Virus record (IMG/VR): IMGVR_UViG_2595698393_000001
Span: 11,995-75,994 of that record
Reading direction: 5' to 3' (one strand)
From: a virus
Taxonomy: Duplodnaviria; Caudoviricetes
Length of the DNA stretch: 64,000 nucleotides
This document shows, piece after piece, positions 40,283 to 51,500 of the stretch. Numbering within the stretch: position 1 is the stretch's first letter; each line of letters opens with the position of its first letter. The notes beneath the pieces are model-generated. The model was not told where the DNA came from, searched no databases, and was given only the letters and a program-made list of their open reading frames with translations. Both the position numbers and the translations under genes were made by a program.

Positions 40283-40822
40283 ATGAACGATGAAAATAAA
40301 TTAGAACCATTATGGCTAGATATTTCTGGTTATGATGGTTTATATCAAGCAAATAGAAGAGGAGATATTAGAAAGTGTAATAGTAAAATTTTAGTCAAAC
40401 AAATATACAGAAGTGGTTATTTATGTGTATTTTTACTAGACTCGAAAGGAAAACAAAAAAGCAAGCAAGTTCATCGATTAATTGCAGAAACATTTATTCC
40501 TAATCCAGACAATAAACCTCAAGTGAACCATATAAACGGAATCAAAGATTGTAATTCTACTGGTAATTTAGAATGGAATACAGCAAAAGAAAACGTAAAA
40601 CACGCAATAGACAATAGATTGATGAAAACTGGTTGCGAAAGAAGCAACAGTTATTTTGACTCAAATCAAATAGAACTTATAAAGCAATGTATAGAAAAAG
40701 GGATTAGTCAGAAATTAATAGCTGATTCTTTTGGAGTATCAACTGTTACTATAAGTGACATTAAATTAAAGAAAAGATACAAGAGCGAAAAAAGGTTAAC
40801 AGTAGCGAATAAAAACCAGTAA
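40283..40822 (+). CDS. NUMOD4-HNH homing endonuclease
   Basis: WLDISGYDGLYQAN; VHRLIAETFIPNPDNKPQVNHINGIKDCN. Confidence 0.9.
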   Translation: MNDENKLEPLWLDISGYDGLYQANRRGDIRKCNSKILVKQIYRSGYLCVFLLDSKGKQKSKQVHRLIAETFIPNPDNKPQVNHINGIKDCNSTGNLEWNTAKENVKHAIDNRLMKTGCERSNSYFDSNQIELIKQCIEKGISQKLIADSFGVSTVTISDIKLKKRYKSEKRLTVANKNQ

Positions 40823-40873
40823 CCTCGAAATACCCGAAGCACATTTTAAGTGTAGTGAAGCTGTTAGTTATTC

Positions 40874-41023
40874 AACCCGTGTATTAATTTGCATGGGTTT
40901 CTTTTTTTTATTAATTTCATAGCTTATATAACGGATATTTATATTATCTTTGGTACTAGCTTTTTTAGTTCTATATACCCCCCGTAATGTTTAAAACCCT
41001 TCCTAATCTGGAAGGGTTTTTTT
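40874..41023 (+). terminator. Two tandem intrinsic terminators (40874-40909, 40993-41023)
   Basis: AACCCGTGTA/TGCATGGGTT+T and AAAACCCTTCC/GGAAGGGTTTT+T. Confidence 0.75.
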
Positions 41024-41119
41024 GTTCCATATACTATTTAATATAAAAATATTGATATTTTATATCTACTATAAGTAAAATTTATATAACTTTGTATTCA
41101 TATAAGAAAAATTTATAGT

Positions 41120-42331
41120 ATGGAATCTATCGGGAAAAACTTTTTAAATGACTTTGATTTTACAGATGACAACGCGGCAACCCAACCAGAGGCGGCAGTT
41201 CCTGAAGTAAAAGCTGAGGAAGAAACTACAGGAGAGGTAGTTGAAACACCAGAAGTTGTTACGGAAGAAGTGGTTGAAGAAACTACTACAGAAGTAAAAT
41301 CTGATACTGAGGTTAAAGAAAAACCAGAAGTAGAAGTTAAGAAGGAAGAAAAAGTTGTAGAAGAGGTTAAGCCTATTGAATTAGACGACGATGCTATAAA
41401 AGCTTATTTTAAGGAGAAAAAAGGAAAAGACATTGAATCAATAGATGATTTGTTTAAAACTCCTGAGAAAGCAGTAGATCCATTAGAGGGATTATCTGAT
41501 GAAGCTATTCAGTTCATAAACTATTCAAAGGAAACCGGTAGAGGTTTTAGTGATTTTGCAGAATTGAATAAAGACTTTACTAAAATGACTCCGCTAGAAA
41601 TAGCACAGAAGAAAGCAATAGATTTTTCTGATGGTGAGTTTACATCTAGTGAAGCAATAGAGTTCATTGAAAAAGAATTGAATATCGATTTATCTGAGGA
41701 TTTAGATAAGTTTGATTTAATAAAATTAAAAGGTTATGGTAAAGATTGGTTAAACAATAAAATCCAAGACCAAAAAAAATACAAGCAACCTATTGAGAGA
41801 TCAGCTTCGCAACAAGGACCAGAAATGGTAACACTTGAAAACGGAGTTACTATCCCAAAAGAGCAATACGAAAATTGGACTCGTCAAAAAGAACAATACT
41901 TAGAAGGACTACAGAAGTCGCAGGATAATATCACGGCATCTACTTTCCAAGTTACAATTGACGAGAACGGAGAAGAAATTAAGATGGATATATCTTATGA
42001 CTTTAGCCAAAAAGATAAGCATAATATGTTATCGGCAGCTTCAGACACGGATAAGTTTATTCAAGAATCATTCTCAAAAGACGGTGTAGTAGACTACGCT
42101 AAACTTCAAAAGGCAATGTTCTTTGCTCAAGAAGAAAACATGGGAAAAGTAATCAGTTCCGCAGTGAATAAGGCTAGGGCAGAATGGATTGAAGAATCTG
42201 TGAAGAACAAAACCAATGCGAACTTTAGTACAAAATCTAAAATGCCTTCCGAACAACAGAAAGGTAGAATTGTTCCAATACCAGGAGCATCTTCAACAAG
42301 TGCGATACCATTTTCAGTTAACGATTTTTAA
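41120..42331 (+). CDS. Capsid scaffolding protein
   Basis: Acidic E/V/T-rich N-terminus, directly upstream of the capsid gene. Confidence 0.7.
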   Translation: MESIGKNFLNDFDFTDDNAATQPEAAVPEVKAEEETTGEVVETPEVVTEEVVEETTTEVKSDTEVKEKPEVEVKKEEKVVEEVKPIELDDDAIKAYFKEKKGKDIESIDDLFKTPEKAVDPLEGLSDEAIQFINYSKETGRGFSDFAELNKDFTKMTPLEIAQKKAIDFSDGEFTSSEAIEFIEKELNIDLSEDLDKFDLIKLKGYGKDWLNNKIQDQKKYKQPIERSASQQGPEMVTLENGVTIPKEQYENWTRQKEQYLEGLQKSQDNITASTFQVTIDENGEEIKMDISYDFSQKDKHNMLSAASDTDKFIQESFSKDGVVDYAKLQKAMFFAQEENMGKVISSAVNKARAEWIEESVKNKTNANFSTKSKMPSEQQKGRIVPIPGASSTSAIPFSVNDF

Positions 42332-42340
42332 TAGACAATC

Positions 42341-43672
42341 ATGGCATTCGATTTACAAACCAATAACCTTAGCGGAATTTCCGTTATCGACAAACCTGCA
42401 GGAGCAATTGCAGATGCTTCAACATTCATTACTTTAAGCTCTTATGCTGATAAGTATGTACCAAAGTTGAAGCCAAAATTACACATGGCTAATGGCCGTG
42501 GAAAGATCACTAAGCTTATTAGCTTAATGGGTCAAGAAGAACTTTACGCAAATGATCGCGTACAATGGGCTGAGGAAGGTCAGTTAAACACTATCATTAA
42601 AGGCGTAACTTATGCGCTTGCTTCTGGATTTACTTCAACTTCAGATCACAATTTAAGAGTTGGTGATATTGTTTTGATTTCTGATGGTGAAATCAACAAG
42701 CAAGCTACAGTTACCGTTATCACTTCTTCTAAAATATTTGTTGCCACTCCGGATGACGGTGTTGCTTTTTCTTTCGCAGGTACAGTTTCTGTTATTTGTG
42801 ATTTCTCTAACTCTTTTGCTAAAGGGACAGGAAACTTTGAAAAAGGTAAAAGATGGAATCCAGATGTTAAGGAGAACTTTTCTCACATTATCAAAGAAAC
42901 TTATTCTATCGAAGGATCAGATATGTTTCACGATACTTGGATTGATACTCCTGATGGACCAAAATGGTACAACCATGAAGTAGAAAACACTGGTATCTTA
43001 TTTGATAACAAGGTTGAAATGACTTTCACATTATTTGAAAGAAAAGCTTCTGGTGACGCAGCAGGTATGAAAGGTTTTGTTCCTCAAATCGAACAAGGCG
43101 GTAACATTGCTAACGAGTATATCACTGATATCGAAGAGTTATCTAAGGTTGCTTTAAGAATCAAACAACAAGGAACTGGATGTACTGAGTACACTATCTG
43201 GCATAACCACGAACAAGGAGCTTACCTAAGACAAATGATGTCAGGTTTAAATGCGCATTACGCAGCAGGAAGCAACTACGGTATGTTCAACAACAGCAAA
43301 GACATGGCTATTAAATTAGGTTTTGCTTCTGTTTACATCGATGGTATCACTTTCCACTTTACTCCTTGGGATTTATTGGATAAACCGACATTACTTGGTA
43401 ACCTTCAATTTAAAGCTTCAGGTATTGCTTGTTTAATCATTCCTTCTGGAACGACTTCAGTAATGCGTGACGGTAACACAGTAAGTAAGCCTTACTTATC
43501 TATCCTTTACAGAAACGCTGCTCGTAAGAGAGAAGTTAAAGTATTTGGACCAGGTGGAACTCAGCACAGAACCGATAATCAAATTACTGATTTTATGTCA
43601 GAATGTACTAACATGTTAGTTGGTGCCAATGCATATTTCGTAGTTAGAACAGGCGCAGATTACTACGCATAA
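42341..43672 (+). CDS. Major capsid protein
   Basis: 443 aa, highly biased codons, VQWAEEGQL...NFSHIIKETYSIEGSD, strong terminator downstream. Confidence 0.85.
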   Translation: MAFDLQTNNLSGISVIDKPAGAIADASTFITLSSYADKYVPKLKPKLHMANGRGKITKLISLMGQEELYANDRVQWAEEGQLNTIIKGVTYALASGFTSTSDHNLRVGDIVLISDGEINKQATVTVITSSKIFVATPDDGVAFSFAGTVSVICDFSNSFAKGTGNFEKGKRWNPDVKENFSHIIKETYSIEGSDMFHDTWIDTPDGPKWYNHEVENTGILFDNKVEMTFTLFERKASGDAAGMKGFVPQIEQGGNIANEYITDIEELSKVALRIKQQGTGCTEYTIWHNHEQGAYLRQMMSGLNAHYAAGSNYGMFNNSKDMAIKLGFASVYIDGITFHFTPWDLLDKPTLLGNLQFKASGIACLIIPSGTTSVMRDGNTVSKPYLSILYRNAARKREVKVFGPGGTQHRTDNQITDFMSECTNMLVGANAYFVVRTGADYYA

Positions 43673-43690
43673 TCAAATAGTAACATATAG

Positions 43691-43719
43691 GCAGGAGATT
43701 AATTTCTCCTGCTTTTTTT
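43691..43719 (+). terminator. Intrinsic terminator after the capsid gene
   Basis: GCAGGAGA-ttaatt-TCTCCTGC-T7. Confidence 0.9.
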
Positions 43720-43735
43720 AATACAAAGAGGAAAA

Positions 43736-44668
43736 ATGGCAAACAAAAACATCGTAACATTCAGGTTAACTAAAGGGAGATCTCCAGTGAGTTTCTCCAT
43801 TCCAACAAAAACAATGATGTTGGAAAAAAAGAATGAATCAGGTTTAAAAACTTTAAAGAGGGTTCATTATATTAAAGGAGTAGATAGTATTTGGGTAGAA
43901 GACTACAAAGGAGATCAAAAACCTAACCCAATTGTATTTGAAGATGGTATTTTAGAGGTTGAAGCACATAACAGACCTTTACTAGAATTACTTAAGAAGC
44001 ACAAGTGGTATAATAAAGAGTATGAAGTAATCGACGAAGACCTTCAAGCGATTAAAGAACTAGAGCAATTTGAGTTAGAGGAAGCTGCTTTATCTCGCAT
44101 TAATATTTCTGGTGAAGATGAATTAATGGCTAACGCTTTAATTTTGATTGGTGAACACGCTATTTCAATGTCGGAAGCTAAAGTTAAATTAGAACTTAAG
44201 AGAAAGGCTAAGGCAACTCCTCAAGCTTTAATTGACGAAATGAATAGTAGTGATTACAAAGTTAAGTATGTGGGTGCACTTGGTATTCAAAAAGGAGTGT
44301 TGAAGATTGATCCATCAAGGACCCAGGTTCAATGGGCAGACGGTAAAACGATTATCACTGTTCCAGTAGGTCAAAGTCCTATCAAAAAATTAAGTGATTT
44401 CTTAAGCGAGAACACTGAAGCTTCGCAAATTACACTTCAAGAAATTGGAATACAAAACACTAGGATGTACAATAAAAAGAAGGAAGCTGATTTAGGCGCA
44501 GCAGTAAACGAAGTAATTACTTCAAAAGATGTAACTTTGTCAGACGAAGAGAAACATCAAAACGATCTTGAAGAGGCAAGACAAATGTATAAGGAACTAA
44601 ATAATGGGAAAGAAGTTCCTAATGTAAAGAAAAACGATTTAGATTGGATTATGTCTAAGCTAGATTAA
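43736..44668 (+). CDS. Conserved capsid-adjacent protein
   Basis: 310 aa ORF after the capsid gene; PIVFEDGILEV. Confidence 0.6.
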   Translation: MANKNIVTFRLTKGRSPVSFSIPTKTMMLEKKNESGLKTLKRVHYIKGVDSIWVEDYKGDQKPNPIVFEDGILEVEAHNRPLLELLKKHKWYNKEYEVIDEDLQAIKELEQFELEEAALSRINISGEDELMANALILIGEHAISMSEAKVKLELKRKAKATPQALIDEMNSSDYKVKYVGALGIQKGVLKIDPSRTQVQWADGKTIITVPVGQSPIKKLSDFLSENTEASQITLQEIGIQNTRMYNKKKEADLGAAVNEVITSKDVTLSDEEKHQNDLEEARQMYKELNNGKEVPNVKKNDLDWIMSKLD

Positions 44669-44718
44669 CAATAAACCGCATAGTTTTTTAGATGTGTGTT
44701 TGCTTTTTCCCGAAAGCA

Positions 44719-44748
44719 CAAAGCCCCTTAGTTGGGGCTTTGTTTTTT
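44719..44748. terminator. Bidirectional terminator
   Basis: CAAAGCCCC-ttagtt-GGGGCTTTG. Confidence 0.8.
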
Positions 44749-44875
44749 ATACCATCCAATCATCTTCCTCTACTTTATCTCTATAATCCGGAGACTTTAC
44801 GAGCTTAAGTTTGCCGCATACTATTACCGCTAATATCAATCCTATCCAAAACAATGTTATTGTCATAATTTAAGT

Positions 44876-46956
44876 TTATAAGTCGAATAATTTTTTGTAT
44901 TTACAAAATAATTGAGCGTAAGTGTAAAGGCTATCTTCGTAAAAATACTTTCCATCAACACCTTGTTTCAGTTTGCTGCCTTTAATAAATTGTTCAAACG
45001 TAGGCTTGTAAAAATTATTAAACGTATTGTTAGCACCAGATAAAATTAATTTCTCGTAACGTTCAATCGCTGTTAAATAACCTTTTCCATAGTCAGTTAA
45101 TTTATTGTTTTTTTTAATGTATTGTTTTTCTTTTAGGTCTTTTTTAAAATCCTCTATTCCTTCCATTTCTATTTAATTTTTACAAACAAATTACAGCCAC
45201 TCCAGTACCTATCTTAGTATATCTCAATACCCTCATTGGATTTCTTTCATTAATCAAATCAAATCGGTATCTATCCATATACCCTACAGCGGTGTAAAGT
45301 TCTGTTCCTTGCTCGTCTATTAATACTAGTTTTGTTATTGTGCTTTTTCCATCTTCCACTAATATGCCATCCATTTTCCAACCTCCTGCTATCACATTTA
45401 ATTTTGATTGATGCAATACACCGTTAATTACTAATATCGCTTCTGTAGGCTCTCCGCATTTACCTAAGAACGTAGGAACTGTAAAAGACATATTTAGTTC
45501 TTCGTATTGTGTTTCGTGCTTACCACAGGATAGTAGGGTTAAAATCGCTAATATGTATAGTAGTTTTTTCATTTTCTATGTATAAATTAATTCCCAAGAA
45601 TCACACACAAAATCATTTAGTTTTATTATTGATGTGTGTTTTTCTGAATTTTCATTTAAACAAGTATGTTTTTTTAATTTTCCATCGTAAAAACTTTTAC
45701 AAAATTTACAATCCTTGCATTTAGCAGGTCTTGTATGTGTTGTTGTTCCCATAATTATATCTCTTTAGTTAGTTTCAGTTTGTAAGGTATTAAATCCTCT
45801 ATTGTGTTTATTTCGTCATTAAAACAATCAATCCTATCTTTTAATTTATAGAATATTAAATCTGTAGAAGTTGAATGCTCTGTAATCCAATAAGAATACT
45901 CGCTATCATCACAAATCATAAAACCTGCAAACAAAACCTTTTCTTTTGCTTCCTCATATTCTCTTAAATCTTCCTCGTAACATTCTTGCGGATATTTTTT
46001 CATTCCGAACTCTGGATTATAATCTGTACTTATAACTAAGTTTAAAGGAACTCCATCTTTACAGGGAACAAACATTTCTAGTTTTATTTCTTGTGATAGA
46101 AACTTAGCGTATTTGGCTATATCAAAATATCTTTTAGCTCTATTTGAGTTTTGGTGAGATAAAGATTGAACTTCGTAACCTTTTTGGTTTTCCATTTCAA
46201 TAACATACTCAACCATTGTTTTATCTAGTACTTTCATAATTTACTTATTTAAGTGTTTTAGTTCCATAATTTATTTTCACACATCTTTAAAAGAATATTT
46301 AAGTCGTCTATATCTTGTTTGTAATCTGTATTTAAACCACAACTCAAATCTTTATATATTTCATGCTTCTGAAGGTTCAGAGCTTGATTCATAAGGCATT
46401 TTTCATTTTCAGAAAACAGATACTTAAATAGTTTTATTTTAAATCTATCAATTAACTTTATTTTCTCAGGATAACAATCAAATTTTATTTTCCTTTTTCT
46501 AATTATTAATGATTCCATAACTCCCCTTATTTTTTTATTGATTATTAATTTCTTCTACTATATTTTTAACTAAATCTCTTGGACTGCAGGTTTTTATCCA
46601 GAAGTCGAACGATTTTAATTTTGACATTGTACAACCTAGTCTAATTTCTTCTACAGGACCTTTTTTTAAGGTCATAGTTTGCTGCATTTTATTTAGCAGA
46701 TTGAATGTTTTTGTTTCTTTTATTTGTTTTGTCATGGCTTAAATAATAAATAACTGTTATTTCCTTCTCTTACTTTAATCAATTTATTTTCGTATAAATG
46801 ATTCAATATGTCACGTAAAGAAGAAAAATCAATGTTCAACTGCATAGAAACTTGAACCGGAGTAATACCTGATTTGCCACCTGACTTTTCATGGTTAGCA
46901 CCTATAGACTCTAATACCTTAGCAATTAATTCTTTATCCATAATACATATTAACAA
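44876..46956 (-). other. Minus-strand accessory island of small ORFs, including a lipoprotein (45180-45572) and a wHTH protein (46732-46956)
   Basis: ORF track; lipobox LLSC; GITPVQVSMQLNIDFSSLRDILNHLYENKLIKVREG. Confidence 0.7.
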
Positions 46957-47047
46957 ACTTATACTAAAATTTGATACAATATAGTAAAAATGTATTGATT
47001 GTTTTTATTAACTTTGTTTTTAATATAAGTTTTATCTATACTACAAC

Positions 47048-47752
47048 ATGGCCTATTTAATTGACAGGATATATTCCACAGTAAAATTCTTTGTAAACAC
47101 TGATGTTAGGGGCAATGTGAAGCCTTCTGATTTCGATAAAGCATTATTTGATGCTATACAAGGACGAAATGAAGAGTACTTTTCTGACATAAGTAGATTC
47201 ATAAATAAGCAGAATAGAGGTTTAATGCCTAACTTTTTAGAGAATCTAGCAGATAGATTTAGAGAAAAAGTAAACCATTACCTGGTTGACGAGGAAGATT
47301 TAGTGCTTGCATCAGAATCAACTAACAAATATGTGCTACCTGAAAACTATAGATACATAGACGAAATTTCCATTGCTGGCACAACTTCTTTTGAAGAATG
47401 CAAGAGCTCAAAGGAATTTAATATTGTAAAAACATTAGCAACAACACAATATCCTGCATTGCTTAAAGTAGGTAACACAATTAAAATTTATCCAGAAACA
47501 ACGGAAGCCGTATCGATAACATACCTAAGAACAGTAAACTATCCTAAATGGACTAACGTTGTTGTTAATGGAACCGCATTGTTCAATCCTTCTGCTTCGG
47601 ATTTTTCGGATGCAGACATACATCCAAGCGAAGAATTTGAAATTACAAGAAGAGTTTTGTTGGCGTTTGGAATAAACCTTAAAGAGCAAGATATTCAACA
47701 AGTAGCAATGGCTCAGGAAAATACAGATTTCAATCAAGATAACGCTTCATAA
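47048..47752 (+). CDS. Tail adaptor/ring protein
   Basis: Position, plus IKIYP...ITYLRTVNYPKW and ILLAFGINLKE-like motifs. Confidence 0.65.
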   Translation: MAYLIDRIYSTVKFFVNTDVRGNVKPSDFDKALFDAIQGRNEEYFSDISRFINKQNRGLMPNFLENLADRFREKVNHYLVDEEDLVLASESTNKYVLPENYRYIDEISIAGTTSFEECKSSKEFNIVKTLATTQYPALLKVGNTIKIYPETTEAVSITYLRTVNYPKWTNVVVNGTALFNPSASDFSDADIHPSEEFEITRRVLLAFGINLKEQDIQQVAMAQENTDFNQDNAS

Positions 47753-47754
47753 TT

Positions 47755-48564
47755 ATGCCGATCCAAACAGCACAAACATATCACGAAAACGAAGACCTTC
47801 ACGGAGGCTACCAATTTATAACGCTAAAAAGTGTTGTGGATCAAATGCTATTAAGAACTACAGACTCAGAAAACTACTTAGCGAACACTAAGCGAAGTCT
47901 AATCGTAATGCATCTTAAGGATGTTCTGCAAGAGCTAACTCATGAAGTACAGAAAAACATAAAAGCTGTAGAAAGAACCGTTGGCCCTTCTTTGAGATTT
48001 CCTTTAGAACAAGATTATGTTGATTGGGTTTCGGTTTCATTGGTTGGAGAGGATTTCAAATTATATCCCTTAAATATAAACAACGATATACCGACAGCTA
48101 TAAGCCACTTACAAGACAGTAACTATAACTTACTATTTGATAGCGAAGGAAACACGCTTAACGCTAATGGTATAAACGCATACGGCAAACCTTATAAGAA
48201 GTATTCTTTTTGTTTTCATGGTAGCCAAGGAAACTTAGACACTTCTAAGTTATCAATGTATGGTGAATTTGTAATAGACAAAAAGAACATACTTTTTTCT
48301 TCGGACTTACTAGATAAAGAGGTTGTTATTCATTATTTATCTGATGGATTAGAGTTGCATAATTTAAAAGAAGAGGAAATTGAGATTCCAAAAATGCTTA
48401 AAACAGTATTAACTCAATGGGCTTACTTCAATATTATATCTGAAAGGAGAACTGTTCCTGCTAATGAAAAAGACAGGGCAAAAAAAGCATACCAATCATC
48501 ATTGCATAAAGCTAAAATACAGAAATCCAATTTCAGCTTAAGAGAAATATTTAGACTAGCGTAG
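47755..48564 (+). CDS. Tail ring/tubular protein
   Basis: FPLEQDYVDWVSVS; VVIHYLSDGL; position before the muzzle gene. Confidence 0.65.
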   Translation: MPIQTAQTYHENEDLHGGYQFITLKSVVDQMLLRTTDSENYLANTKRSLIVMHLKDVLQELTHEVQKNIKAVERTVGPSLRFPLEQDYVDWVSVSLVGEDFKLYPLNINNDIPTAISHLQDSNYNLLFDSEGNTLNANGINAYGKPYKKYSFCFHGSQGNLDTSKLSMYGEFVIDKKNILFSSDLLDKEVVIHYLSDGLELHNLKEEEIEIPKMLKTVLTQWAYFNIISERRTVPANEKDRAKKAYQSSLHKAKIQKSNFSLREIFRLA

Positions 48565-48583
48565 TCAACCAAAATTATATAAA

Positions 48584-51500
48584 ATGAAGAAGTCTTTCGT
48601 AAATGGTAGAATGAATTTAGACATCGACAACAGATTGTTGGAGGATGGAGACTACCGCGAAGCAACCAATATAGAAGTTGTTAACTCCGAGGGATCGGAT
48701 GTTGGGGCTATAGAAAACTCTTTGTCTAACAAAAAGCTGACTTCTATTGACTTTGGTTCCAATCCTATTGAGATAGGAAAATACGAAGATGAATTTAGAG
48801 ACAATCTGTATTGGTTCGTAAAATCTGATACAGGAACATTTTTAATTGAATGGGATGAAACCAACAAAGTTTCTAGTACTGTACTTAAAGATACTAGAAC
48901 CGAAGATGTTGATAGGGTTTTAAATATAAAAGAAGATTTTTTAATAACCGGCATTGTTAAAGTACTAAGCGAAGATCCAGAAAAGGATTTACTTATGTGG
49001 ACTGACAACAATATGAATATTTGTTGCATTAATATTTCCAGAGCAAAAACATGGGGCGAGAACAATTTTGAAGAAGAAGATATTTTCTTAATCAAAAAGC
49101 AACCAAAATTCGCCCCAAAAATTACACCTACATACTCTTCTGAGGAAAGCAATTACTTAGAAGAGATATTTATGTCTTTTGGCTACAGATACAAATACTT
49201 AGACGGCGAAAGAAGTGCTGTTTCTACATACTCCAACTATAACTTTAATCCAGGTAAATTCAAAATGGATTATCAGTCTATGGAAAACATAGGCATGGTG
49301 AACGCTTTTAACGCGGCTAGAATCACTTTTGATACGGGACCAAAACAAGTTACTGATATTGAGATTATATCAAAGCAGAGCAACTCTAATAACCTATACC
49401 TTATAACTTCATTCAATAAAGAAGAAGAGGGATGGGCTGACGACGTAGATAAGAACTATGTATTCTCTAACAATAAAATCTACCAAATTTTGGCAGAGAA
49501 AGAGCTATACAGAACTTTTGACAATGTGCCTAGAAAAGCTAAGGCATTAACCTTAACGGAAAACATACCGACAATAGGAAACTACGTAGAAGGATATGAT
49601 ATTGTAGACGAAGACGATAACTCAATTAAAATGGACTACACTATAGATGTGAAGTCAAATGATGTAAGTGGTGAGGAATTATCAAACTCTATAGGAGCAA
49701 CGGAAACTACTTTTACATTTACAATACCAACAACAATAGAATTAAACCAAAATACGCGTCTTATTTTTAACTTAGACCTTGGTAATTCATTATACGATGG
49801 TGAATACTTAGACACACTAGAGTATATTCTTACAGAAGATTTTGATAACGCAGCAGGTTTGGCCGCTAATGATGATTTTAAGTTTTTTATAGGAACCATA
49901 TTGACCGCTAAATTTATAACTGAATACGATATTGATGTTGATGATGCATGGACTTTATCTAGTAACATTCCTTTTTCTGTATCTGGAAGCACAACAACTA
50001 CAATAACTATAAAGGCGATAACCTTAGTTTATACCGTAGATGATACTCCTAATGATCCTGGAGATAACCCTACTAATACACATACAGAAAACCTATTGTT
50101 TAAATTCAATAGCGGATCAAGTGCATTTTTTAGCAATGTAGAGACAGTATCAAGTTGTAAAACGAATAGAGAATATGAAGTAGGTATAATTTATCAAGAT
50201 AAATGGGGTAGAAAATCTACAGTTCTAACATCTTTGAATAATACTATTTATATTCCTCAAGAATTAAGCACTTTACAAAACAAGCTGCTAATAAACATAA
50301 ACCACAATGCTCCTTATTGGGCAGACTCTTATAAATTAGTAGTAAAATCAGATGCATTACAGTATCAGACTATCTATGCTACAGTTTATTATCCAGATGG
50401 TGTTTATAGATGGGTTAAGCTAGAAGGAGCTAACAGAGACAAGGTTAACGAAGGAGATACTTTAATTGTTAAATCTGATCTTAATGGACCTATAACCTCT
50501 TTACTTAAAACAAGAGTGTTAGAAGTTGTAAATAAGGATAAAGATTTTATAGAAGGAAATACCGATTCCGAAGACAACGATATTATTGAAGAATCTGGAC
50601 TTTACATGAAAATAAAGCCTAGTGGATATGATATGTCTTATTCTGAAAATGCTATTATAAATATTGACCAAGTAAGATCCGCAGGGAAAAACAGGCAAGA
50701 AAAATTTATTAACGAAAACATACTAGAAGCATTTTTCGGTGACGAAGCCAAAAGAACAGCCTGGAAAAACTCTACCGATAATAATGATTTAAAGAAACCT
50801 GCAGTAGTAATAAAAGACTTCAATAGCTATAGCGAAGACGGTACTTTTGAAAATGCTATTGAAATTGTGGCAGGAAGTAAAATAAACATATTCCTTAAAG
50901 TAGCAGAAGACGGTAATGGTCCAGACTTTAATAAAGAATACATTGTTGCTTCTACTTATGACAACATAAAAGATTGGTGGGAAGAGGAAGTTGTAGACTT
51001 AGGATCTGTAGATGATGAATTTGACATTAATTTTGAGGAAGTAGGAGGTGAAGTAAGAATACTTATTCAAGGAGATAATACCGGAAGTCCTGCAAGCAAA
51101 AAACAATCTGTATTAACTGTAGTTATAGATGCGATACTAGTTGAAGGACTTGTTGTTTTTGAAACAGAAACAAAACAATCAGAAGACTTTAAGTTTTACG
51201 AGACTGAACAAACTTTTGAAATAATAGACGGTAAGCATCAAGGTAATTCTCAGAACCAAACTAGCTCACTACCTGCGATTATAGACTTAGATTTCTTTAA
51301 TTGTTATGTGCAAGGAAATGGCGTTGAAAGTTTCAGGATTAAAGATGCTGCAAACTCAAACTTCCTAAACATTGATTTAAAGCCTACTGCAACATCTATA
51401 GAAAAATATAAAGAAACTAGAAGGTTCGCGGATTTAACATACGGAGAAGGATATGTTGAAGAAACTAATATGAATGGATTGAATGTATTTAATACCTCCC

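Noticed and set aside
33999-43672. Introns or inteins in TerL, portal or capsid genes
   Set aside because: ORFs are continuous, with no intein C/HN termini or LAGLIDADG blocks seen.
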